A program made the position numbers and the translations under genes. 64,000 nucleotides of DNA, from NCBI GenBank assembly GCA_030265395.1, contig JARFYF010000059.1, positions 16,433,206 to 16,497,205 on the forward strand. Direction: 5' to 3'. The stretch comes from Rhina ancylostomus. Lineage: Eukaryota. Shown here piece by piece: positions 1 to 11,308 of this stretch (its first letter is position 1; every line of letters starts with the position of its first letter). A model generated the notes under the pieces. The model saw nothing but the letters and a program-made list of their open reading frames with translations, did no database searches and was not told the origin of the DNA.

Positions 1-240
1 TATGTCTAGCTTGGTTCATCAACTGTGTTGGTAGTGGTGCAGGGTTCACTAGCAAAACATCTTGCCACTTGGAGTGGCTGTCCGCTACGATGAAGAAGAT
101 TTCCTGTCTCATTTGGTTGTGATCTGTGTGAACTTGCTGGAACTGCCTCGTAGATCACTTCTACATCTCAAATGGCGCTTTCGGAGCCTGAGCTTGTCAA
201 TTTTTGATGGGTCAAGGTGCATTAACAAGGTCTTTGATCT
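1..240 (-). mobile_element. Degenerate Gypsy/Ty3 integrase fragment
   Basis: Minus-strand frame at ~44-106 reads QEIFFIVADSHSKWQDVLLVN, resembling the Gypsy rve motif FLIVVDAHSKW.EV. Confidence 0.6.
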
Positions 241-510
241 TCTTGAGATCGCAAGCTGCATTTGTTGCCTATCTTTCTACGATAGAAAGCTGCTTAGAAA
301 TTTAATAAACTATTAATGAAATCGAGATGGTGACTATCCCCACAAGAAGAAGCCGATAGGGAAGTGCACTGAAATTGTGTTAGTCATATTTGAAATCCTA
401 GAATGTATTTCTATCCACAACAGTCCTGACTCTTAGCTTATTTAATGATTTATTGAATTTGAACTTCTGTTGTCATGCACACCATCATTTATTCATTCTC
501 ACACTTGTAT
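238..510 (+). repeat. Copy 1 of ~270-bp direct duplication (copy 2 at ~1146-1421)
   Basis: Colinear shared blocks gcaagctgcatttgttgcct, gagatggtgact, ctatccccaca, cactgaaattgtgttag, tttattgaat, ttctcacacttgta. Confidence 0.9.
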
Positions 511-1020
511 ACCAGACCAGTGCAGCAACCCCCAGGCTGCAGACTTTGTAATTTTTACCCTTCCAATGAAGGTATTGACCTTTGCTAGTTCTGATTCTGA
601 AACAGCAGGGGCTCTAGTGCCTCACTGTGCATACAATTTCCACGTGCCAGTTTAAGAACTGGATACCAGTAGGGTGTTAACCTTGGGGCAGTGCCAAGTA
701 AATCTCTTTCCCCATATCCACGTAGTTATTTTCCTTCAGTATTCGGCTCTCAGGGGTGGCTGGCATTTCCTCCCAATTGAAGATGATTTTGGATGAGAAC
801 AAGGTCATGTTTTGCTGTGGTGTATTCCATGGTTTCCTGTCAGCTTGGGATCAGTCACATTTATTGTGATACATTTAAGAGTATCCAGCAGGGGGCCCCC
901 AAGGTTCACAAGCTTTGGCCTCATTGCAAACACTTACATTTGCTTTCAATAGTCCTAATACTACTATGTTCTTCTGTGACTGCACTATGTTTTAGTCTTT
1001 CTGTGTGGCTTCATTTACAG

Positions 1021-1138
1021 TTGTTCAGCAGTTGGAAGGCCGCTGTCAGATTATCCCAGCTGTCCCATCAGTTTGCTGGTAAGATTGAAGAGAGGCAACT
1101 GAGGCTGCAACTGCATGCCTGGGCCAAGCTGGTGAAAG
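1021..1138 (+). CDS. C1orf167: C1orf167-like exon (LFSSWKAAVR...HAWAKLVK)
   Basis: tttacag acceptor; AAG|gtgaga donor; 118 nt. Confidence 0.75.
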
Positions 1139-4100
1139 GTGAGAAATCCTTCTGAAGATTGCAAGCTGCATTTGTTGCCTGTCTTTCAATAATGGAAAAC
1201 TGCTTTGAAATGTAATAAACTTAACAAAATTGAGATGGTGACTCTATCCCCACAGGAAGAAGATGACAGAGAAATTCACTGAAATTGTGTTAGGATGATA
1301 TTTGAAATCTCAGAACATATTCCTATGAACAACACTCCTGGCTCTTCATTTCTTTAATGGTTTATTGAATCTGAATTTTTGTTTCAATGTTCACCATCAT
1401 CTATTCGTTCTCACACTTGTAAATCCATGTACGTGTGTGTCTTTCTTTCTCTTCACCCTATCTCAGTCAACCACATGTAATACTGTTTCAGTTGACATTA
1501 TTTCTCTCAGTAAATTATTCATTAAGATGATAATGTAAAACTCATAATGTGAACAAAATCTCAGATGTTGCCCAGTCTCCATCACTAATGTACTTTGGCC
1601 CCTAAAATTACTGTCCCTTTATTGTGACAAGCAAAATTTAAATTGACGGGCAGCAGGGTTTTGCACTGTGAAGTGTGTATGTACATGTATTAGAGTTGCT
1701 GATTGGTTTTATTGTTTTGAATAGTATTTTTTAATTGTGAGATCAATAATTATTTCAAAATATAGCAGTCATCCAAATTTTGTACTTTTGTGCCATCACT
1801 AAACATCGTCCATGTGTGTCACGGTAATTCCTATATTTCGACATCAAACACATCCAGGTACATTTTCTGGGAGTGTGGAACAGACTGCCCATTATTGTAA
1901 TGTCATTTTTTACTAGTGCTGATAAATGAATGCAATTCAATTCCAATAAACTTCAATTCTTTGCTTTTATAGAACAAAAGGATGAGGTTGTAAAGCAGAA
2001 GAGAGTGATTTCTGCATCACAGCACCAAGTGAAGCAGGCTGCTTTCCACCTGATGGCGACATTATATCGGAAGCAAAAAGAGGCTGTCAGGTTCTACCAT
2101 TTAACTTTACTCCGCAGGTATGACAAGTCCACAGTAGTCCCTGTGCTCTCACACTACTTGCAGTGGCTGAAGGCAGACCTCACTATTGTTTCAAATGCCA
2201 CCTTCCCATCCTTTGCTGCTCTTTAACTAATTGCTGCCAGATAACAAACAAAAATGTAACATCCCCTCATAACATCACAGATCATGAGAATAAAACATGT
2301 GTAATATGGCCTTGAAATTGGTTCTAGACTTTTATAGCTATATATTTCATTGAAATAGTCTTTTTTTAAATTGATTTGAAGCTGCCATGTTTAAATGTAA
2401 ACCAATGAACCTCAGTTGTCAGCAATACTTTACAGTGCTACCAGGAGCAAACTGTATCACAAGATGGAACATTTTGCATCTTACCATGTAAACTGAAGAA
2501 CTTCACTGAAACGTAGCAGTCAAGGGTCCTTCAGCCACTGGACATCGAGGGGCTGGGTCCTGTGTGGAAGCTGCTCAAACAACTAAAGTTTGTATCACCC
2601 CAGGAGGCCACAAGTGGCAATGCTGCTATGTACACAACGATCTGCTAACACTATTAATGTGCAGAATCAATGGCACATATGGACTGAATGACATTATGTA
2701 TGTAAAGAGCCATGCACTGTTTTTTTCTTTTGTACTTGTATGGTTTTTTTATGAATAACATTCATTATTCATTGTTAAAGAGATGCAGCACCACTATGAT
2801 GGGGCCTAGCTGTTGCTGTTTTTACCTCTGGTAAAACAGCACATGTTGGGGATTTACCAAAGAGATTACTGGTCTGTTGTTCTGCATAGTGGATAACCAG
2901 CTGAGTTAAATTGGTTTGCTTTCTCATCAAACCCTAGGTACCTTCTCACTTGGGTTGGAAATGTACATTTGCAGAAGCATTGGGCATTGACTGTATCAGC
3001 TCAAGTTTCATTGTTGCGGCGAAACTCGGCGTTTGTGATCTGGAGAAATCAGTTGCACTTGAAACGTAAGATGGCTGTATTTGTACAAAGACAGGCTGAA
3101 GAAATCCTGCACAAAGCACTGAGATCCTGGCACAGGGAGGTAGGTATGGAGAGCTCTGTTCTATACTTACAGAATTTCAAAAGATGTTGCTTTTCTATTA
3201 CTTTTCATTTTGAACAACAAAGAAAATAAAATTAGTTGCTGTTTCCACGGGTAAAGGCAAAACCCAAGGTGCTACTGAGCCATCAGAGCCAGCAGATTCC
3301 AGCATGGACATTGGTGTAGGTTGGTTGATCTCAGTGCTTCTGAGCCACCAGGAGTAAAAATCAGACAAATAAAGTAGCACTGAAATGTAATCAGACAGTG
3401 CACTAATTTCTAATGGTGCTGCCTATTCAATGTAAATACAGGAGTGGAAGTCAAAGGGAGTATGCCAGAGTTTTGAGCAACTTAACATTGCAGATGAAAT
3501 GATCCAGCACTTTACTTGGTTGTTTTCAGCCCACAAAGGACAGGTTGTTACTTCATGATCTTTACTTAAGCCACTGTTTGTATCTGTTCTTCTTTCACAG
3601 TTACAAGCAATTAGGTATCGTGCTAAATATGTGTCCCAGAAATTTGTGTCACGATGGATTCTTTTTATGCTGGCACAGAAGCAGACTGATCAGTGGGATG
3701 CTGAGGAACCTCATGTAGAAGAACACAACAGGAATCAATTATGGTGATTAGTCCTGCATTGTTACTGAAATACTACTTACTCCAGTTGTCTCATTTCATA
3801 ACACACAAGGATGTTCCTACATGTAATGGGAGGGGTTTGTTGGGTTGATGAACTAAGACTGAGTTTATTTTTCCACAGCAAACGATTTTTGATAAACTGG
3901 CGGAATCAATCACACCTACAGCAACTCCTGGAGAAGAAAAGAGTTGAGGAGCTGCGGGAGATCTGGGAACAGTGGAAAAGCTTCACTATGAGCAAGCTAG
4001 TGACCAAGGGGCTGGTGAGCGTTCCCTTTTAAAAATAACTTTTTATTTAACCAGCTTAAGCTGGGAGTATTTTAGTTAGATTTACATTTGCATAAAGATT

Positions 4101-6582
4101 TTAATGTCTCTTTTCTATTTAAATGATTTATAAAGAGGCCAAACGGAGTATTTTAGTTAGATTTACATTTGCATANNNNNNNNNNNNNNNNNNNNNNNNN
4201 NNNNNNNNNNNNNNNNNNNNNNNNNNNNNNNNNNNNNNNNNNNNNNNNNNNNNNNNNNNNNNNNNNNNNNNNNNNCCAAACCATGGGACTAAATAATATA
4301 CTGCTGTCCTGTTCCAACTTGCAATGATATTTAGCAGGTCTATTAATGAAGATTTTTAAAAAAATTATCATTTCTTGATTTGACAATCCTCAATCTGGTT
4401 ACCTAGTCTGGACTCTAATTTAGAACCTGAACAAATAATAAAATCTGAAAGTATTTGGAGTGCTAAGTGTTAGCTTACTGAATGGGAGTATTCTGTCACC
4501 CCACTCAAAGCTCCTTGGCTACTAATTGTTTCATCCAGAGACATCACCTGGGCTATTCAGCACTTATCAAGATCAACATTAGTCAAGTTGAGGTCCAGGA
4601 TCATTTATCATCCTCCTCTCTTGGGGAATGAGAAATCTGTAGTCTCTGTTAATTCTGTTTGGCTGCTACAGTCAGTAATGTGTTGGATGTAGACCTATCC
4701 CCCAAATCCCTGCCACCAGTCTTAATAACTCACTGAACTGCATAAAAACATTGACCTAAGGAGAACCTCTGAGGGTAAGGCAGCCTCTCCTGAGAGTCTC
4801 TGCATGGAAGCAGCTTCTTAATCTGTTTGGTGCCTTTGTGGGCAGGCTGGGATAATGGCGTCCATCCTGTAGCTGATCCTCGTCCTTGTGTTGACATAAA
4901 CAAGAGACGTGCTCCCTGCGTGCATGATGGTAATGGGGAACTTGACTGCATGTCAATCTTCAATCTGCTCATAATCTGGAAGCCTTTAGTAGTGAACATT
5001 CAGGTGCTACTGGAACCATGCTCTGTTTACAGCTTTTCACACTAATGGAAACTTCTCTCCTCCCCACGCAGTATGAGCAGAGGCTGGAGGTGAAGGCGTG
5101 GCAGTTGTGGCGTAGATGGTTCATACAGATGCAGGTGTCCCAGGCATTTGCAGCTCAGGACAACAGGATCCTGATGTTAGACGTAGGTACCAAAGTTACA
5201 TACAGCACATTACAACGCCAGTCACCCCTCCCTGGAAGATGCTGATCCTCATTATTAAATGCTCTGGTTTATCACTCAACTGGCCTTTCTTCATGACTGA
5301 GCCACATACTAAGGATCAACAATTTGTCCATCTTCCACCCATGCTAGTTTTTATAGGAACTACAACTGATATTCCCCTCCACCACCCACTTCCCAAAAGT
5401 CTAATCTAGGGATCACAGAGAAATGATCAGGAAACCTGTCTAGTTTCTCTTTCTCCTACCCAGGACTTGAGCCAGATCTGGAGCAAAAAAGTGTCTGATG
5501 TTATGTCCTCCTTCCATCCCTGACCTGTCTCCCATATCCTCCCAGCCCTCTCCGATCAGGAGCAGGAACTGTGACTAATTTCCACCTTCTCCAAAGAATT
5601 GACATTGGTGTTACGGGTCTCAGCTGTTCACTCTGCAGAGCTGTGAGTATACTGCAGTTACTGTAGAGGCATATCTTTAGATCTATTAAACTGACTGGCT
5701 GCCTCCTTTTTGTTCAGGCACTAATTGTGGAACATCAGCTTATATCTTTGCAAATTCCTTTAGATGTCATTGAAGCCATGTGATGATGGAACAGTAATCA
5801 GCAGTAGGAATTGCAGGACCCTCTTTTCCCCTTATCCAGGAATCACAGGAGGGAGATGAAGAACAAAGACCATGACTGTTTGCCCCTCTCTCTAACCCAG
5901 GGATCAATGGATAATAGGCAAAAATCTCATTCTAATTTTTCATAATTCAGAGGTGCAGAGATTCATTGTATCTCTGACTAGTGACCAGGAGGAGATCAGC
6001 CACACCCCAAGGATGGAATCCANNNNNNNNNNNNNNNNNNNNNNNNNNNNNNNNNNNNNNNNNNNNNNNNNNNNNNNNNNNNNNNNNNNNNNNNNNNNNN
6101 NNNNGAATGATCAACTGCTTGTAACAGGTTTGCTCTTTGGGTTTGGCCCATGGAAGTTTTGGTTTGTGTCCCTGATGCACTGTGTTAGTACCACCATATC
6201 TGAATGAACAGTGGTCTAGTTGACAGACTGTCCTTGGAGAGAGATGCAGGATTCTCCTTCCCTACATTGTTTCAGCAGTGGTGACACAGAAATAAACAGC
6301 TGTCTGTGATCTGAGCTAAAATGTACCAGAGCTTCCTAATCAGTGTTTTATTTTAAACTGCCATTCACTCAGATTATACACAATAAAACATTTCAGAAAT
6401 AATGCAATAGGGTACACAATGTAATTTAACAGGGGAACAATTTGGTCTCTAATGACTACAACATAAATCTAATTCTCACTCACATACTGAATCCATTCAC
6501 TGTAAACCTGATGTTTCTAATTTATTCTTAGGTTTTCACTGCCTGGTACAAATTGGCTACTGGAAAACAGAGTGACCCATGA
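1021..6582 (+). CDS. C1orf167: 3' part of a SFI1-repeat-like protein gene, probable C1orf167 orthologue; join(1021-1138,1973-2117,2938-3139,3601-3743,3879-4014,5072-5182,6532-6582), 301 aa, 5' exons outside window
   Basis: Seven AG/GT-bounded exons join in continuous frame (906 nt) to TGA at 6580-6582. Periodic Trp motifs (FSSWK, LHAWA, AFVIWR, ALRSWH, FLINWR, AWQLWR, VFTAWY) resemble Sfi1 centrin-binding repeats. Name rests on synteny (tail-to-tail with MTHFR as in human), not on recognised sequence identity. Confidence 0.72.
1146..1421 (+). repeat. Copy 2 of ~270-bp direct duplication
   Basis: Same blocks as 238-510; begins just after the donor at 1139. Confidence 0.9.
1973..2117 (+). CDS. 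C1orf167: C1orf167-like exon (EQKDEVV...YHLTLLR)
   Basis: ttttatag acceptor; CAG|gtatga donor; phase-compatible with neighbours. Confidence 0.75.
2938..3139 (+). CDS. C1orf167: C1orf167-like exon (YLLTWVG...ALRSWHRE)
   Basis: ccctag acceptor; GAG|gtaggt donor; phase-compatible. Confidence 0.75.
3601..3743 (+). CDS. C1orf167: C1orf167-like exon (LQAIRYRAKY...HNRNQL)
   Basis: ctttcacag acceptor; TG|gtgatt donor; phase-compatible. Confidence 0.7.
3879..4014 (+). CDS. C1orf167: C1orf167-like exon (KRFLINWRN...LVTKGL)
   Basis: ttccacag acceptor; CTG|gtgagc donor. Confidence 0.75.
5072..5182 (+). CDS. C1orf167: C1orf167-like exon (YEQRLEVKAWQLWRRW...LMLD)
   Basis: Pyrimidine tract plus cacgcag acceptor; GAC|gtaggt donor; 111 nt. 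Confidence 0.75.
6532..6582 (+). CDS. C1orf167: C1orf167-like terminal coding exon (VFTAWYKLATGKQSDP*)
   Basis: ttattcttag acceptor; completes an FxxW repeat; TGA stop. Confidence 0.62.
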   Translation, partial: VFTAWYKLATGKQSDP

Positions 6583-7179
6583 TTATGGGTGAATCTCAAG
6601 CTCACCCCCAGTACAGATTTGGGGCTTCTCACTGTGCTCATGGAGACTAACAGAATGCTGACTATCAAAACCTCTGTGTTCATTGTCAATCTGTTCTTGT
6701 TCCTCATTTAGTAGGTTTCCAATCCCATTGGTTAGGTTGGAGACAGTGCATTTTTTTAGATACGCTGTGAGAGGATCTTAACTTCGTGTTTTGTAATCTG
6801 CCAGTAATTAGACTACGTGCAACATCACAGAGACAGTGGGTTCAGTGGCCTTGAGAGCTTGCCCAGCTTCTGGTTCATGGCACTAAGGGTTCTGGTGAAG
6901 AGACACCTTATGGTTTAGGCACTTTTCAAAATAGAGTCGATTTCAGATGATTTCTCTCCACTCTCACTTGCTGAACTTTGTGGACACCATCTGTCAGCAC
7001 CCATTTTTGAATTAACTTTAATTAATTGTACTTGGGGTATGTTTCTTTATAAAAGTTACTCTAAAGGTTTTGTGTGTATTTTAGAATTTGTGTTCTGAAT
7101 TCCTCCACTTCATTTTGATGGATTAATGGATGTTATCCAGTACTGGGGGCCTTTATACTTTTTCAAATGTCCAATTTTG

Positions 7180-7185
7180 AATAAA
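7180..7185 (+). terminator. Candidate polyadenylation signal of the C1orf167-like gene
   Basis: AATAAA ~600 nt after the stop, followed by a GT-rich element at ~7207-7228. Confidence 0.5.
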
Positions 7186-10100
7186 TTTGATTAGATGCAG
7201 CAGCGAGTTTGTGTGGTTGCCTGTTTTTATTACAACAGTGGGGCTCTTGCTTTACATGACTGTGTATACAACAGTAAAACCATGAACAACTGTAGGGAAT
7301 CTATTAAACTGGCAGTTTCTCATTTGAATGAATGTTAAGTGTGGAAAAGCCTCTATCTGGGTTTGTTATTTTTAACTCATCTCCCCAAAATTCTTTAGAT
7401 ATTATTTTGGCAACAGGCAGATGTGGCTGATCACTCAGCAATTTTGAATTGATTTCTACTTAAAAAAGAGAAAAGTGAGAGCCTTGTTCAGCGAGAGAGT
7501 GATACTTGTAGAGATCCAGGGACAGATGGTTGGGTTGGCATTGATACGTGGTGTAGTGACTGCTTATTCCCTACATCAACAAAAGATAGAAGAAATTTTA
7601 GCTCCCCTCACTTGCAAACTGACTGCATGACTATTCCATTCCTGAACACACAGATGTCTTACCAAGTGATCCCCTCAGGTTCTTGTTTTCATTTGCTGTC
7701 AAGCTTTTTGAGGAAGTTGACTCATCTGCTGTACTGTTACTTTCCACTGAGTGTAGATGCACTGGAACAACATTTTGCTTGAGCAGATATTTAAAATGCT
7801 TCAACACGTGAAAAAAAATTTAAATTTAATTTGGTTCAGTGCAAATGGCTGCATAAATTCAAACACTTTGATGCAATAGCAAGCATCCAGTGGAAAGCAG
7901 AAAGTAACATAGCAGTCATTCTTCATCTAGTCCCACCCTTTAATAACATGTTTTAATTTTTTTTTGGGAGGGGGGAAATGTGCTGATCTCTTTGAAATTA
8001 AATCCACTAGTTCTTTTCTGCAGTTGCCACTATTGAACTATGCCAAGCACAAGGCTGTAATATCACAGTGGTAACTGCAACACGGCCTTGAAATGCTGTT
8101 TAAAATGCAAGTGAGTGTATTGCTAAGTACACTATGGAGGACACCACAAGCACGTCACCTTCTGAGCTCAAATACAGAGACAAACAAACAGGTGAATTCA
8201 CACACGTATACACTTTGCAAAGGGACACACCAAATAATAAGCTGAAATCCCAAGTGACTTCTTTATTTCTTCCACAATCATCATTTTTATTGTCTAAAGT
8301 CAGGGTTACTCAGCACAACTCAGGAATCACTTTACAGTTTAAAGATATAGCTAAAGATTGAACTGAACACTGTCCCAGACTGGGAAATGTGTTTAAGTAC
8401 CAAGAGTTNNNNNNNNNNNNNNNNNNNNNNNNNNNNNNNNNNNNNNNNNNNNNNNNNNNNNNNNNNNNNNNNNNNNNNNNNNNNNNNNNNNNNNNNNNNN
8501 NNNNNNNNNNNNNNNNNNNNNNNNNNNNNNNNNNNNNNNNNNNNNNNNNNNNNNNNNNNNNNNNNNNNNNNNNNNNNNNNNNNNNNNNNNNNNNNNNNNN
8601 NNNNNNNNNNNNNATGTGGTGGTGCTTGGGTATAATGGAATGGTTTGTCTTGGTGGTGTGATAATCTCAGATCTGTATCTAAAGCCTTCCACATGAGTAT
8701 AGCAATAAATTGAACTTTCACATAGATCAATAGCCTATCCTTGCCTCCACAAATGAACACAAAGCTTAAAGAAATCTAGCCAAGTCTACAAAAGTGGGAC
8801 ACACAAACTGAAAATGTTAAAAACTTTTGTTTACAAAGAACCTTTCTTGACCTGATTTCAAAAAAAAAAATCTTTCGAAGTAGAGCTGCAATTGTTAGGT
8901 GGGAAATTTGGCGGATAATGTGTGTACTGTGATTTTCCATAAGTGACAATTAGCTAATGATCTGATGGTGTTTAGTGCTGTTGGTTGAGGGATAACTATT
9001 AGGCAGAAAACTTAAGTTTAAGATAGTGCCTTCAGGATCTTTAACCTACACTCAACAGGGTTGATGGGACCTTGTCCAAAAATGGTTACAGTGTACAACA
9101 GGTAAGCCAGTTTCCACAGAAGAAAAATAACAGCATCTTATGAAAAAAAGTTTTGAAACATGAACTTGCCCTTTTTGCTTGGCTATTGCTGAACGTATTC
9201 TCAATGTTTCCAGCATTTTGTGTTTTGAAGTCTTGGTAAGATTGTAGAGCACATCTTTTGCTGACAGCAGAAGGCTCTCTGTTGAATGTAGAATAAGCTG
9301 ATTATACTGTAGGGCAGGTTATGTACTACAGCTGGTCTTGCTGGAATTCATTCCCGAGGCAGTTCTGACATTAGTTACCCAAGGTATCCATTCAGTTTGT
9401 GAACTCATTGCACTCACTAAGCTCATTTCTTGGATCATATACTGACTGCTCCCCCCACCCTCCTCCCATCAATCAGATGAAAACATTGGTTCCTACAGCA
9501 ACAGAGTGCTTTTCTCTCACTCAATCTGCAGCACACTATCTGAGAACTTGAACATTTTAAGGAGAAAAAGAGAATAATGAACCATGCAGTGAAAATATGG
9601 AGAGGGTAGAGTGGGTGATAGCTGCACTTCAGGCAGCAGCACCTTAATTAATAGCTTATTCACATTCATAAGTGAACAATGTTGCATAGCATCTCACCAC
9701 ACAAAAGTCCAATAGCTCACTTCTGAGCACATCATGAGCTGCAAGATCAAAGTATTGAGAACGTAAATTATACTTTGAATGGTGTTATACTCAGAATGCA
9801 AGAGCTAGATGTATATTAATTGCAGATTCACAAAGTTGGTCTGTACCAACTGGACCTGGTTTCAGTGGTGACCCTTCATTGCTACCACACCCCCACATTA
9901 GGTATGCCAGAAGAACAGGGACCAAAATATTGTTGCATGGACTATCATCTGCTGAAACACAACTTGTATAAAATATGACTTCAGTAAATTTAGTAGGGCA
10001 ATTTGACCAGGTATAGATAATAAAATGTTCTAGCACTTTAAAGCCATCCTTGGGGAAAAGAGTTTGCTTGTCCCTGTAGTTAAAAAAAAATGTAAAATTA

Positions 10101-11245
10101 GATCTGTATTAAAACATTAGACTAGACCAGAGACTATATTTTAGGTTTAAGAAAAATAATTCTTGAGAGCATAGACTGGTAACAAATGAAGCCTGGTCCC
10201 AGCAATCAACTGATGCTGGAGAACAGGATCTTGAATTAGGATGCCTGAAGTACTAAAAGATTCCTCAGAGTAGATTCAGGTGGTATATATATTAGGGAGA
10301 ATTGTGTAGACTTGGCAGCAAGTGAAGAACAGATTGCATTTTTGTAGAAAGTGCATCATAAATTATGGTAACTTGGTATGGGTAATTATTCACTAATGGA
10401 CTTTCCCCAGGGATCAGCTGGGCCTGATAATCTTTATCATTGATCAGATGGAAGATATCAGGAGAATGGCTCAAAAGATGTGACTGATACAGATTTGTGT
10501 TACCGTGACTCATGGATTACAGCTGGACTTTGATATGGTGGGTGTGGGAGGAAAGAAATTCACAATCTGACAGGCACCTTTTAGTTAAGGATGGATTGGG
10601 GACCTCTGAGCCTGTGCATGTCATTGCAAAGGTGGATGCTCAAACCTGCGTTACTTTAGTTATTTAAAGTCTATGAGGCACAGGGCCAAATAAATAATAA
10701 ACAAATCTCCAATCTCAGGAGATTCTCCAACCACATATCTCACCCTCAATGTATTTAAAAGACATCAGCCAGATATGATCCTCTTTCCCCATGCCCCTCT
10801 TATCAAGATTATTGCTCAACTAGCCCAGAAGCCAAGCTGCCCAGAATATTGGGTGGTCTCATAGGGTGGTGATGTACAGGCCCTGCCAAAGGAACCAACA
10901 AATTCATTTAATTAATTCCTAGTTTAAAGGCTTTCAGTTACCAAGATATACAGAGTGGGGACTATATGTTGGAGAATCTTCAAGGAGATTTGAGGTCTTT
11001 AAAAAGTCAGAGTTAGACTGGGTCCAAGTAGACAGGCTATTAAACTATGCAAGCATAAAACTAAATGGCACATAGGAAATTGCTGCCTCTCGGTGATTGG
11101 ATTTGCCACACACATACAGATGTGTAAGCTGTCCTGAGATCCATGGGATGTGTCCAGGTGCTCGATCGCCTTCAGTGGTCAAACAGAAATCTCAGGAAGT
11201 TTCCCTAAGTTAGCCCAAAGTTTTTTCTTGTCTTTTTGGATTGGG

Positions 11246-11308
11246 TGATGGTGATAATTAATAATTAATGATGGTAAATAAATAATGATGATAATTAATG
11301 ATGGTAAT
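11246..11308. repeat. Degenerate (TAA/TGA)n microsatellite
   Basis: tgatggtgataattaataattaatgatggtaaataaataatgatgataattaatgatggtaat. Confidence 0.6.

Noticed and set aside
8134-8760. ORFs spanning N runs (also ~5950-6200, 24053-24400, 41013-41635, 62504-62789)
   Set aside because: Open only because Ns hide stop codons.
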